Below are positions 10,377 to 20,546 of a DNA stretch of 64,000 nt, one piece after another. This DNA comes from Methylophilaceae bacterium (GTDB lineage: Bacteria; Pseudomonadota; Gammaproteobacteria; Burkholderiales; Methylophilaceae). Made by a program: the position numbers and the translations under genes. The first letter of the stretch is position 1. Each line of letters starts with the position of its first letter. Under the pieces are notes generated by a model that was not told where the DNA came from, did not search any database, and was given only the letters and a program-made list of their open reading frames with translations. The stretch is taken from the NCBI GenBank assembly GCA_035460165.1, contig DATHWW010000017.1, positions 8,833 to 72,832 on the forward strand, in the 5' to 3' direction.

Positions 10377-10463
10377 GATGTTTCCCGTTTAAGTTCTGAA
10401 TCTTCGGATTTTATCCGAAACCGGCTGGGGTAAACTAACGGCTCTTCATTTTGGACGGCGGCC

Positions 10464-11930
10464 ATGCAGTACAAGGATTTACGCGATTTCATTTCCCAGC
10501 TCGAGAACCAGGGCGAACTGCGCCGGGTGAACGTGCCGGTGAGCCCAAAGCTGGAGATGACGGAAATCTGCGACCGCGTGCTGAAATCTGGCGGCCCGGC
10601 GATTTTGTTCGAGAACGTGCCGGGCCATACCATGCCGGTGCTCGGCAACCTGTTCGGCACGCCGCGCCGCGTGGCGCTGGGCATGGGGCAGGAGGACGTG
10701 ACGGCGCTGCGCGACGTGGGCAAGTTGCTGGCTTTCCTGAAAGAACCTGAGCCGCCCAAGGGACTGCGCGATGCATGGGACAAGTGGCCCAAGTTCAAGA
10801 AGATACTCGACATGGCACCCAAGACCATCAGCCGCGCGCCGTGTCAGGAAGTGGTGCTGGAAGGTGACGAGGTGGATCTTTTCAAGCTGCCGATCCAGAC
10901 CTGCTGGCCGGGCGACGTGGGACCGCTGATCACCTGGGGGCTGACCGTGACCAAGGGGCCGCTCAAAGAGCGGCAGAACCTCGGCATCTACCGCCAACAG
11001 GTGATCGGCAAGAACAAGCTGATCATGCGCTGGCTGGCGCATCGCGGCGGCGCGCTGGATTTCCGCGACTGGTGCAACACGCATCCGGGCGAGCCTTTCC
11101 CCGTTGCCGTGGCGCTGGGCGCCGATCCGGCGACGATATTGGGCGCGGTGACGCCGGTGCCGGATACGCTGTCGGAGTATCAGTTCGCCGGGCTGCTGCG
11201 CGGCGGCAAGACGGAAATCGTGAAGTGCGTCAGCAATAACCTCAATGTGCCGGCGGGCGCGGAAATCGTGCTGGAAGGTCACATCATGCCGGGCGAGACG
11301 GCACCGGAAGGGCCGTTCGGCGACCATACCGGCTATTACAACGAAGTGGACAGCTTCCCCGTATTTACCGTGACGCACATCACCATGCGCCGCGACGCGA
11401 TCTACCACAGCACCTACACCGGCAAACCGCCGGACGAACCGGCGGTGCTGGGCGTGGCACTGAACGAGGTGTTTGTGCCGCTGCTGCAAAAGCAGTTTCC
11501 CGAAATCACCGATTTCTACCTGCCGCCGGAAGGCTGCAGCTACCGGCTGGCGGTAGTCAGCATGAAGAAGCAGTACCCCGGCCACGCCAAGCGCGTGATG
11601 ATGGGCGTGTGGAGCTTTCTGCGGCAGTTCATGTACACCAAGTTCATCATCGTCACCGACGACGACGTGGATATCCGCGACTGGAGGGAGGTGGTGTGGG
11701 CGCTGACGACGCGTGTCGATGCGGCGCGGGATACGCTGATCATCGAAAACACGCCGATCGATTACCTGGATTTCGCCAGCCCGGTGTCGGGCCTGGGCAG
11801 CAAGATGGGCATCGACGCGACCAACAAATGGCGCGGCGAAACCTCGCGCGAATGGGGCCGGCCGATCACGATGGATGCTGCGGTAAAAAACCGCGTGGAC
11901 GAAATATGGAGCAGCCTGAAGCTGGATTAA
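10464..11930 (+). CDS. ubiD: 4-hydroxy-3-polyprenylbenzoate decarboxylase
   Basis: [29 protein letters not shown]. Confidence 0.96.
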   Translation: MQYKDLRDFISQLENQGELRRVNVPVSPKLEMTEICDRVLKSGGPAILFENVPGHTMPVLGNLFGTPRRVALGMGQEDVTALRDVGKLLAFLKEPEPPKGLRDAWDKWPKFKKILDMAPKTISRAPCQEVVLEGDEVDLFKLPIQTCWPGDVGPLITWGLTVTKGPLKERQNLGIYRQQVIGKNKLIMRWLAHRGGALDFRDWCNTHPGEPFPVAVALGADPATILGAVTPVPDTLSEYQFAGLLRGGKTEIVKCVSNNLNVPAGAEIVLEGHIMPGETAPEGPFGDHTGYYNEVDSFPVFTVTHITMRRDAIYHSTYTGKPPDEPAVLGVALNEVFVPLLQKQFPEITDFYLPPEGCSYRLAVVSMKKQYPGHAKRVMMGVWSFLRQFMYTKFIIVTDDDVDIRDWREVVWALTTRVDAARDTLIIENTPIDYLDFASPVSGLGSKMGIDATNKWRGETSREWGRPITMDAAVKNRVDEIWSSLKLD

Positions 11931-11954
11931 AGGTTACGCATGCACGGCACGCAC

Positions 11955-11981
11955 AAAAAAAGCACCCGAGGGTGCTTTTTT
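11955..11981. terminator. Bidirectional intrinsic terminator
   Basis: A7-GCACCC-GA-GGGTGC-T6. Confidence 0.85.
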
Positions 11982-12001
11982 GTTGCATCGAATGCGCCGG
12001 A

Positions 12002-12466
12002 TCAGCGCACGCCGAGCAGCTCGACGTCGAACAACAGCGTCGCATTCGGCGGGATCACGCCGCCTGCGCCGCGTGTGCCATAGCCCATGTGGGACGGAAT
12101 GATCAGCGTGCGCTTGCCGCCGATCTTCATGCCGGCCACGCCTTCATCCCAGCCGCGGATCACCTGGCCGCCGCCGAGGTAGAAGACGAACGGTTCACCG
12201 CGATCGACGGAGCTGTCGAACTTGCTGCCGTGACCATCGGGCTTGCTGGGATCGTATAGCCAGCCGGTGTAATGGACGGTCACTTCGATCGGCGGAATCG
12301 CTTCCGCGCCGTCGCCGACCTTCTGGTCGATTTTCATCAGATCGTTCACGGCCTTGGGCAATGTAGTCATGTTTTTTTCCTTGGGTTGATTGGCGTCGAC
12401 AGCAATCGCGCCGACGGCGAACAGGGCCAGCAGCGCTGCCCCGGCAAAAATGGTGGTTTTCTTCAT
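12002..12466 (-). CDS. FKBP-type peptidyl-prolyl isomerase, exported
   Basis: [33 protein letters not shown]. Confidence 0.95.
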   Translation of the reverse strand: MKKTTIFAGAALLALFAVGAIAVDANQPKEKNMTTLPKAVNDLMKIDQKVGDGAEAIPPIEVTVHYTGWLYDPSKPDGHGSKFDSSVDRGEPFVFYLGGGQVIRGWDEGVAGMKIGGKRTLIIPSHMGYGTRGAGGVIPPNATLLFDVELLGVR

Positions 12467-12627
12467 AAGAGCCTCGAATGAGATTCGGAACGCAACATGA
12501 TACCGCAAGAGCGCCCGCCTCTGCGACGCGCAAAACGGATCCTGGCACGCAACGGATTGGGCACCCTTGCAATTTAGGCGGGATGCTGGAATGCTTCGCC
12601 GCTCGGCGATTACTTAATACGTACCCC

Positions 12628-13488
12628 ATGTTTGCAGGATTCCGACAACTTTCGATACATGACGCGACGCAAAACGCGTCGATTCCCGTGCTCGTGTTTT
12701 ACCCCACGGAATTGCCGGCGACGACGGCAACGCTGGGGCCTTACCAGTTCGAAGTCAGCCCGGATGCGCCAGCAGCTTCGGGGGCATATCCGATGGTCGT
12801 GATTTCACACGGAAGCGGCGGCACGCACATCCTGTATCGCACCATCGCCATGCACTTGGCGCAGAACGGTTACGTGGTCGCGGTGCCCGAACATCCCGGA
12901 AACAACCGCCTCGACAATTCGCTGCACGGCACGGTGGACAACCTGATCAACCGGCCGCGCCATGTAAGGCTGGTACTCGATATGCTAGCCGCGGATGCAG
13001 CGCTCGGAAGCGTGGTGCAGGCAGACAAGGCCGCGGTAATCGGGCACTCCATGGGCGGCTATACCGCCCTGGCCGTGGCCGGCGGGACGCCCTGGTCCAA
13101 GGAAGGCAAGCCGGTGGCGGTCGAGACTGACGCACGCGTACGCGCCATCGTGCTGCTGGCCCCGGCCACGGCGTGGTATCAACCCGAGGATGCGCTGGAG
13201 CGAGTCGAGGCGCCCATCCTGATGATCACCGGCGAGCACGACGACATCACGCCGCAATGGCATGCGGATCTTGTGCTGGACCGCGTATCCGAACGGCAGC
13301 GCGTGCATTTCCGCGTGGTCGAGAATGCCGGGCATTTCTCGTTTCTCAGCCCATTTCCGCCCAAGCTGAAAGCGGGAGGATTTGCGCCTACACAGGACCC
13401 GGAAGGGTTCGACCGCGAGGCGTTTCATGAGCAGTTGCCGGAAGAGATACGCCAATTCCTCGACCGGCACCTGAAACACCCCGACTAG
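12628..13488 (+). CDS. Alpha/beta hydrolase (dienelactone/PAF-AH-like)
   Basis: SHGSGG, GHSMGG, AGHFSF. Confidence 0.88.
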   Translation: MFAGFRQLSIHDATQNASIPVLVFYPTELPATTATLGPYQFEVSPDAPAASGAYPMVVISHGSGGTHILYRTIAMHLAQNGYVVAVPEHPGNNRLDNSLHGTVDNLINRPRHVRLVLDMLAADAALGSVVQADKAAVIGHSMGGYTALAVAGGTPWSKEGKPVAVETDARVRAIVLLAPATAWYQPEDALERVEAPILMITGEHDDITPQWHADLVLDRVSERQRVHFRVVENAGHFSFLSPFPPKLKAGGFAPTQDPEGFDREAFHEQLPEEIRQFLDRHLKHPD

Positions 13489-14897
13489 TCGCGGTAGTGA
13501 TATAACCACTCCAGCAATGCCTCTTGCGCCGGCTTGCTGTTAGCCGCGCGGACATCGTTCACCATGAACACCACGACCCAGCGCCCTCCCTGGGCATCCA
13601 GCAGGTAGCCCGCCACCGCCCGGACCCCATCCAGCGAACCGCTCTTGAGATGCGCACGGCCTGCAATTTTGCCGTTGGCCGCGCGCCGTTTGAGCGTGCC
13701 GTCCACGGCGTAAACCGGCAACGAGGACATCAGTTCCGGCATGAACGGGCTGGCATACGCCGCCAGCAGCAATTCGCCCAGATGGCGGGCATTGATGCGT
13801 TCGATCCGGGAAAGGCCGGCCCCGTTTTCGAGGACGAGTTCCGGCAGCTCCATGCCGTTGGCGGCGAGCCAGGCGCGTATGACGTCGACGCCCTTGGCCG
13901 GGCTGCCGGGCAGGCCGCCGCGCTCGGCGCCGAGCGTGACCAGCAACTGGCGGGCCATCAGGTTATTGCTGTATTTGTTGATCTGGCGGATCACATCGGA
14001 CAAGGGCGGAGACGCGACCGATACGATGGGGGCCAGCGCCGCAGGGGCGATGCCCTCGCGCAGCTGACCGTCAAAGACACCGCCCTGCTCGCGCCACAAG
14101 GTCTTGAACAGCTGGAACACGTACTCGGGATGGCGCGGCAAGCTGAGGTCGAAAATCTTATCGCCGCAATGGGCGGAATAAGCGCCGCTGAACACGACAA
14201 GCAGCTTGTTATCGCGCTCCATCACCTCGTAACCCAGCCGGCTTTTCCAATCCCCGCAACTGGTGCGGTCGGCTTTCAGGCGATTGACGATCTCGAGTTG
14301 CGGCAGCCCGGGGTCAGCGGTGATCACGACCGCGTTGCTATCGACCCGAAAGTGAAAAGCAGTGGCCTTGAAATTCACCAGCAGCGCATCGGGGCCAGCA
14401 TTGTAGGGGCGGTACGGATCGCCGTCGAACGCACCGGGATCGAAAGTGCTGGCTTCGAAATAACTGCGGTCCAGCACCAGGTCGCCGCGGATTTCCTTGA
14501 CGCCGGCCAGTCGCAGCGCGCGAACCAGGCTCCAGAACTTTTCGAGCGTCAGCGCCGGATCACCGGTGCCCTTGAGGATGAGGTCGCCGTCGATGACACC
14601 GGCGACGGGCGGCTTGGCGGCATAAAACTCGGTGCGCCAGGTATAAGCCGGGCCCAGCAGTTCGAGGCCGGCGTAAGTGGTCACCAATTTCATTACCGAG
14701 GCCGGGTTCATCGGCTGTTCGGCATGTTCGGCAAGCACGGGCACGTTGCTGTCCACGCGCCGGGCATAGATCGCGACCGCCTCTTTGGGAATACCGCCGG
14801 CCTTCAGGGCTTGCGCCACAGGTGCGGGCAAATCCGCATACGCAGCCGGAGCGGATAGCAAGATGCATGCTGTCAGCAGGAATACGAAAATTTTCAT
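13485..14897 (-). CDS. dacB: D-Ala-D-Ala carboxypeptidase/endopeptidase PBP4
   Basis: PASVMK (SxxK), SNN and KSG motifs. Confidence 0.93.
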   Translation of the reverse strand: MKIFVFLLTACILLSAPAAYADLPAPVAQALKAGGIPKEAVAIYARRVDSNVPVLAEHAEQPMNPASVMKLVTTYAGLELLGPAYTWRTEFYAAKPPVAGVIDGDLILKGTGDPALTLEKFWSLVRALRLAGVKEIRGDLVLDRSYFEASTFDPGAFDGDPYRPYNAGPDALLVNFKATAFHFRVDSNAVVITADPGLPQLEIVNRLKADRTSCGDWKSRLGYEVMERDNKLLVVFSGAYSAHCGDKIFDLSLPRHPEYVFQLFKTLWREQGGVFDGQLREGIAPAALAPIVSVASPPLSDVIRQINKYSNNLMARQLLVTLGAERGGLPGSPAKGVDVIRAWLAANGMELPELVLENGAGLSRIERINARHLGELLLAAYASPFMPELMSSLPVYAVDGTLKRRAANGKIAGRAHLKSGSLDGVRAVAGYLLDAQGGRWVVVFMVNDVRAANSKPAQEALLEWLYHYRD

Positions 14898-14979
14898 CGG
14901 AACATTAAAACACGCTATCGGGTACCGGCAAATGCCCATGCCGTTCGTCAGCGGCATGAAAACGCTCGTCGGCGGAGTT

Positions 14980-15008
14980 TTGACCAGTTGTGGCGGAGCG
15001 CCTATGGT
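14980..15008 (+). promoter_or_regulatory. Sigma70-like promoter for the riboswitch RNA
   Basis: TTGACC-17 bp-TATGGT ending 6 nt before the first base of aptamer P1. Confidence 0.65.
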
Positions 15009-15014
15009 GAAACC

Positions 15015-15105
15015 GTATCTGCAAGGGGCAAACCCGACCGAAAGGCGGGGACGCAAAATCACCAGTCTACGGGATCACTCCCATGACAGTGGGATCGCCG
15101 GATGC
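15015..15105 (+). ncRNA. c-di-GMP-I (GEMM-I) riboswitch aptamer
   Basis: GGGCAAA-CCCGACC-GAAA-GGCGGG-GACGCAAA (P2 with GNRA loop); P3 with AGTCTAC/ATGACAG receptor-like strands; P1 GTATCTG/CGGATGC. Confidence 0.85.
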
Positions 15106-15177
15106 GACGCTCATCTCCTGGCTCGCGACCATACGCAGCCTGCGTTTCCCATTCGCGTTGTGGTTTGCCCTTCTTTT

Positions 15178-16485
15178 TTATTCCAGCACTTTCCGCAGCA
15201 CGCGCTGCGTCTGCCGTACCAGCCAATCGATTTCATCGTCGCCGATCACGTAAGGCGGCATGAAATACACCGTATTGCCGATGGGCCGCAGCAACAGACC
15301 GTGCGCCAATGATTCGCGATAGAAACTCTGCGCAAAATCCGGCGCGGCGTTCCGCACGTCGAACGCCCAGATCATGCCGATGTTGCGCAGGTGGTCGATA
15401 GGCAACTCGCGCAGCGGTTCGAGTGCGCGATTCATGCGTTCCTGCTTGATGCGGTTGGCTGCCAGTACCCGGTCTTCCTCGAATATCTCCAGCGTCGCCA
15501 ACGCCGCGCGGCAGGCCAGTGCATTGCCGGTGTAGCTATGGGAATGCAGGAAACCGCGCGTCATCGCGTCGTCGTAAAACGCGGCGTACACCGTGTCCGT
15601 GGTCAGCACTGCCGACAAGGGCAGGTAGCCGCCGGTGATGCCCTTGGAAAGACAGATGAAATCAGGCTTGATGTCGGCCTGCTCGCACGCGAACATCGTG
15701 CCGGTGCGGCCGAAGCCCACGGCGATTTCATCGGCGATCAGGTGCACCTCGTGACGGTCGCAGATGGCGCGCGCTTCGCGCAAATAGGCCGGATGGTACA
15801 TCGCCATGCCAGCGGCGCCCTGCACCAGCGGCTCCAGGATCACCGCAGCGATTTCCGCATGGTGCGCGGCCAGGTAGTAGTCCAGCGCCTCGGCGCAGCG
15901 CAGCGCGTAATCCGCGGCAGATTCGCCGTCTTCCGTCAGCCGCCAGTCGGGGCTGGGCATCTGCACGCTCTGCCGCAACAAGGGGGCATAGGTGTCCTTG
16001 AATAGCGCGACATCGGTGACCGACAGCGCACCCACGGTTTCGCCGTGGTAACTGTTGTTCAGGCTGACAAAGCAGGATTTCTGCGGCTTGCCGGTGTTGC
16101 GCCAGTAATGAAAGCTCATCTTGAGCGCGATTTCTGTCGCGGAAGCGCCATCGGAGCCGTAAAACGCATGCCCCAGCCCGGTGAGCGCAGCCAGCTTTTC
16201 CGAGAGTTCGACCACCGGCTCGTGCGTGAAGCCGGCGAGCATCACGTGTTCCAGCTTTTCCAGCTGATCGCGCAGCGCGGCGTTGATGCGCGGATTGCCG
16301 TGGCCGAACAGGTTGACCCACCACGAGCTGACGGCATCCAGGTAACGCTTGCCGTCGAAATCGTGCAGCCATACGCCTTCGGCGCGCGCAATCGGCACCA
16401 GCGGCTGGATTTCCAACGACTTCATCTGCGTGCAAGGATGCCATACCGCCGCACGGCTCCTGTTCAACCAGCTTTCGTTATTCAT
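15178..16485 (-). CDS. bioA: Adenosylmethionine-8-amino-7-oxononanoate transaminase
   Basis: WHPCTQM, SSWWVNLFGH, DEIAVGFGRTG, SKGITGG, HSHSYTGN. Confidence 0.95.
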   Translation of the reverse strand: MNNESWLNRSRAAVWHPCTQMKSLEIQPLVPIARAEGVWLHDFDGKRYLDAVSSWWVNLFGHGNPRINAALRDQLEKLEHVMLAGFTHEPVVELSEKLAALTGLGHAFYGSDGASATEIALKMSFHYWRNTGKPQKSCFVSLNNSYHGETVGALSVTDVALFKDTYAPLLRQSVQMPSPDWRLTEDGESAADYALRCAEALDYYLAAHHAEIAAVILEPLVQGAAGMAMYHPAYLREARAICDRHEVHLIADEIAVGFGRTGTMFACEQADIKPDFICLSKGITGGYLPLSAVLTTDTVYAAFYDDAMTRGFLHSHSYTGNALACRAALATLEIFEEDRVLAANRIKQERMNRALEPLRELPIDHLRNIGMIWAFDVRNAAPDFAQSFYRESLAHGLLLRPIGNTVYFMPPYVIGDDEIDWLVRQTQRVLRKVLE

Positions 16486-19400
16486 TCGACTTCCTCGGCC
16501 AGGCCAAGATCGACCACGCCGCCGTTCATGCGTTCGAGCAGGCGCTCGAGCGTATGGTGGGCCTGACGCAACTGCGCAATGCCCGCACGCGCGTCGCCGT
16601 CTTTTCCGGTTTGATAAAGCTCCATCAACCGCTGGCCGACCCGGTGCATATCCTCATGCGCCAGTTCGAATTGCCGCAGCAAGGCATGATCGAAGGTCCC
16701 TTCACGGTCGGCATGGGCGATCCATCGGCCGGTATGGCATTGGTGGTGATCCATGATCGGCCAGTTCTGCCCGGACGGCTGTTCGGACTGCAAGCACTCC
16801 ACCATGCGGCTCACCCACTGTTGGCCTTCGATTTTCTTCAATAACGAAAGTGAGCGTGCCGAAGAAAGCGGCGCTTGCGCATAGGCCATCCATTCGGGGA
16901 AGGGCCGGAAATCCTTCGCCCATTGCTCGATCAGGTCGGCGGGCATCGGCCGCGCGACGCCATATCCTTGCGCCACCTGGCAGCCCATGATCAGCAGCAT
17001 CAAGCCATGTTCGCGGGTCTCGACGCCTTCGGCGACCACATCGCGCCGGAATGCATTGGCGAGACCGACCACACCCTCCACGATGGCGTAGTCATCCGGG
17101 TCGTCGATCATGTCGCGCACGAAACTCTGGTCGATCTTGATCGTGCTGGCAGGCAGGTGTCGCAAGTGCGCCAACGATGAATAGCCGGTGCCGAAATCGT
17201 CCAGGGCGATGCTGACCCCTAGCTGGTCGCGGCAGGTGCCGATGATTTCGGTCACCGCGGAAAGATCTCCCATCACGCTGCTTTCCAGGATTTCCAGCTC
17301 CAGGCTGGAAGTTGAGATTTCCGGATATTGTGCCAGTGCGGATTTAAGTTGCCGGAAGAAATCCGGCCATTGCAGGAAACATGGAGAAATATTCACGCTG
17401 ACCTGGATGTCGAGGCCGGCCTTGCGCCAGAGACTCAGTTGCTGCAGCGCCTGCTCGATCACCCAGGTGCCGAGTACATGCTCGAACGCCGAGCCCTCGA
17501 TCACCGGCAGGAACTGCGCCGGCGGCAGGAGGCCGCGCTCGGGATGGTTCCAGCGGATCAGCGCTTCCGCGCCCAGCACTTCGCCGCTCTTCATGTTGAC
17601 CTTGGGCTGGTAATACAGGCAGAACTCGCCGGCGGCCAAGGCCTCCTCCAGCCTGCCCAGCATTTGCCGGCTGCTCTGTATCTGCTGATCCTGCGTGGGA
17701 TCGAACAGGCGGAAGCGGTTGCGCCCGTCGAGCTTGGCCTGGTACATGGCCTGGTCCGCGTGGCGCAGCAGGGTGTCGGGGTCGGCTTCGTCCATCGGGA
17801 AAATCGTGACCCCGCTGCTGGCGGCAATGGTGATGGAAAGTTCATTGAGATGGTACGGCTGGGCGATCACGGCGTGGATGCGAGCCATGGCCTGCTCGAC
17901 CTGATCGACGGAGTGGATATCGCCGATCAGCAATGCAAACTCGTCGCCGCCAAGACGCGACACGGTATCCTCTTCGCGCAGACGGGACTTGATGCGCGCG
18001 GCCACTTCGACCAGCAGCCGGTCTCCCGCTTCGTGCCCAAAACTGTCGTTGACCTCCTTGAAACCGTCCAGGTCGAGGTAGCACACCGCGAGCAACGCCT
18101 GCTCGCGTTTGCAATGGGCTACGGCCTGCGCAAAGCGGTCGGCAAAGAGCGAGCGGTTGGGCAGCCGTGTCAGCACATCGTAGTGCGCCATCAGTTCCAA
18201 TGTCTGCTGCTGCAGCTTGATCTGCGTGATATCCGAAAACAGGCTGACATAATTCACGGTATTGCCGCGCTCGTCGCGCAGCGCGGAAATCGTCAGCAGT
18301 TCGGCATACAGTTCGCCGTTCTTTTTGCGATTCCATACCTCGCCCTGCCAATGGCCGAGCTGTGTCAAGTCCGTCCATATCGCTTCGAAGAATTCCGGCG
18401 GATGCTGGTCTGACCTGAGCACGCTCGATGTCTGGCCGATCACATCCTCCCGGGCGTAACCGGTAATTTCACAGAACGTAGGATTGATCTCGACGATGAT
18501 CCCGTTGGCATCCATGATCGAGATGCCCTCATGCGTATCGCTGAACACCCGTGCCGCCAGACTGAGTTTTTCCTCTGCCTGGCGACGCAGGCCGATTTCG
18601 CGGCGCAGCCGCCAGTTCCAGTAGAGGATTGCCAGCAATAGCGCCAGTCCGCCGCCGGCATACAGCGCCAGCGTCTGGTAAGGAATGCCGGGCTCGATGC
18701 TGAGCCCGTACCAGCGACTGACAATCGCTTCTCTTTCCTCTTTCGGGATACTGTCCAGCGCCTTGTCCAGGATAGCTGCCAATTCCGGCTCATTGGACAC
18801 CGCGGCCATGCGGTGTTCGCTGTAATAGGAAGTCACCCCTGCCACCTGCAGCCCGGCCAGGCTGCTGCGCACGATTTCATAATTGGCAGAACCGGTATCG
18901 CCGACATACGCCTCCGCCTTGCCCGCCGAAACCGCCTTCAGCGCCAGGTGCACGCTGGGAACCGCCAGCAACTGGATGTCGGGATAATCCCGCCGCAGGT
19001 TGTCCTCCATGAAGTAGCCCTTCACCACGCTCACCCGCTTCCCGCGCAAACGCTCCAGTTCGCCCAGGTAGCGGGTGCTCTGCGCGGTGATAATCGCCAC
19101 CGACACGCGGTTGACCGGCTGGGTGAACCGCAGGTAGCGCTCGCGCTCGGGGGTGCGGACGGCAAAGGAGATCATGTCCAGCTGCCCTTGTTTCGCCATG
19201 TCCAGCACTCCCTGCCAGGAGCGATCCCCGACGATTTCCAGGCGCACGCCGAGCTTGCGCGCCACCAGCGCCATTATCTCGGCCGCCATGCCTTGATAAC
19301 GCCCGCGTTCGTCCAGCCACTCGTAGGGCGCGAAATCCCGGTCTACCCCGACGCGCAACACCTTGTGAGCACTCAGCCAGGCTTTTTCCGCCTCGGTCAG

Positions 19401-20381
19401 TTGCAGCGCCGTCTGCGGTTCTTTCGTCAGGATAAATCCGGCCAGCGAGCTTTTCTTGTCGGCAAGCCCGATGCGCTGGTATATCTGCAGCAGACCCTCG
19501 AAGCGCTTGCTGTCGATGGTGCCGAGCGGGATCAGTTCGGGCAGGATCAGCTTGCGCATTTCGCGCGCCTCGTAATGCAGGTGATCGACCGAACGCGGCG
19601 CGACGCGCGACACGTAGTTGGTCTGGATCATCTGGATGACCTCATCCGGATGATCCAGCGCATAGGCCCACCCCTTGAGCGTGGCGCGGCGCATCTTCTC
19701 CACCCGCTCCGGATGGCGGGCGATCTCGCTCTCGGTCGTAAACAGCAGATCGCCGGCAAAGTCGATGCCGTAATTGAGCGGATTGATGACGTTGAACTTG
19801 ACCCCCTTTTGCGCCAGCACGTAGGGCTCGTTGGTGATGTAGGCGGAGACCGCGTCGACCTTGCCCGTCAGCAGGTCATCGTAGTTGAAGCTGTGCGGGA
19901 TTTCCGTGTACTGATGGGCATCGATGCCGGCACCGACCAGCATCGCCGTCAAAGGAGCGTTGTTATTGGTGTCTATCATCACCCGCTTGCCGACTACTTC
20001 GTATGGGCTGACGATGCCCGAACTGCGCAGGCTGATGAAGACCAATGGGTTGTGTTGGAAGATGCTGGCGATCGCCACCACCGGCTTGCCGCGCAACCGC
20101 TCCAGCAACAGGCCGGAGTCGTGCACGCCGTATTGGGCGTGCCCTTCGGTGACCTGCGTAGTGATGTCGGTACCGGGGACGCGCTCCAGCAGCGTCACGT
20201 CCAGCCCCTCGTCGGCGTAATAGCCTTTTTCCTTGGCGGCGTAAAAACCGGCGAATTGGAAGGAATGCAGCCACTTGAGCTGCAGCGTGACTTTCTCCGA
20301 AGGCAATTCGGCGGCGAGCGCCGGCCACGTAAGACATTGCCCAAGCAGCAGAAGAGTGCAACAAATTACCGCTCTGAGCAT
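16482..20381 (-). CDS. Membrane sensor: NMT1/THI5-like SBP + BvgS-like SBP + TM + PAS + GGDEF + EAL + CZB-like domain
   Basis: LQLKWLHSFQFAGFY, RLGGDEF, EALIRW, DDFGTGYSS, C-terminal HHQCHTGRW...HEDMH. Confidence 0.9.
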   Translation of the reverse strand: MLRAVICCTLLLLGQCLTWPALAAELPSEKVTLQLKWLHSFQFAGFYAAKEKGYYADEGLDVTLLERVPGTDITTQVTEGHAQYGVHDSGLLLERLRGKPVVAIASIFQHNPLVFISLRSSGIVSPYEVVGKRVMIDTNNNAPLTAMLVGAGIDAHQYTEIPHSFNYDDLLTGKVDAVSAYITNEPYVLAQKGVKFNVINPLNYGIDFAGDLLFTTESEIARHPERVEKMRRATLKGWAYALDHPDEVIQMIQTNYVSRVAPRSVDHLHYEAREMRKLILPELIPLGTIDSKRFEGLLQIYQRIGLADKKSSLAGFILTKEPQTALQLTEAEKAWLSAHKVLRVGVDRDFAPYEWLDERGRYQGMAAEIMALVARKLGVRLEIVGDRSWQGVLDMAKQGQLDMISFAVRTPERERYLRFTQPVNRVSVAIITAQSTRYLGELERLRGKRVSVVKGYFMEDNLRRDYPDIQLLAVPSVHLALKAVSAGKAEAYVGDTGSANYEIVRSSLAGLQVAGVTSYYSEHRMAAVSNEPELAAILDKALDSIPKEEREAIVSRWYGLSIEPGIPYQTLALYAGGGLALLLAILYWNWRLRREIGLRRQAEEKLSLAARVFSDTHEGISIMDANGIIVEINPTFCEITGYAREDVIGQTSSVLRSDQHPPEFFEAIWTDLTQLGHWQGEVWNRKKNGELYAELLTISALRDERGNTVNYVSLFSDITQIKLQQQTLELMAHYDVLTRLPNRSLFADRFAQAVAHCKREQALLAVCYLDLDGFKEVNDSFGHEAGDRLLVEVAARIKSRLREEDTVSRLGGDEFALLIGDIHSVDQVEQAMARIHAVIAQPYHLNELSITIAASSGVTIFPMDEADPDTLLRHADQAMYQAKLDGRNRFRLFDPTQDQQIQSSRQMLGRLEEALAAGEFCLYYQPKVNMKSGEVLGAEALIRWNHPERGLLPPAQFLPVIEGSAFEHVLGTWVIEQALQQLSLWRKAGLDIQVSVNISPCFLQWPDFFRQLKSALAQYPEISTSSLELEILESSVMGDLSAVTEIIGTCRDQLGVSIALDDFGTGYSSLAHLRHLPASTIKIDQSFVRDMIDDPDDYAIVEGVVGLANAFRRDVVAEGVETREHGLMLLIMGCQVAQGYGVARPMPADLIEQWAKDFRPFPEWMAYAQAPLSSARSLSLLKKIEGQQWVSRMVECLQSEQPSGQNWPIMDHHQCHTGRWIAHADREGTFDHALLRQFELAHEDMHRVGQRLMELYQTGKDGDARAGIAQLRQAHHTLERLLERMNGGVVDLGLAEEVE

Positions 20382-20546
20382 GAGAGTAGGCACGAAGGAA
20401 GGATGACTCGCCGATTATACTGAAGCACGCGCTTACGTTGCCAACATTTCCCACAGCATGAGGGCGCGGAGCTGTCCGGAAAATCTATTGCAGGCAAGGA
20501 CTTGTTTCACTACAGTGCCTGTATCACCTGCTCAAAATCTGGCTTT

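Noticed and set aside
15015-15105. cGAMP-specific GEMM-Ib variant
   Set aside because: The position equivalent to Vc2 G20 is G (GGGCAAA), consistent with c-di-GMP specificity
15102-15263. Short + strand ORF as the riboswitch target
   Set aside because: Its ATG lies inside P1, it lacks a clear RBS, it overlaps bioA antisense, and the peptide looks non-coding. Only Ribo-seq would exclude it fully.
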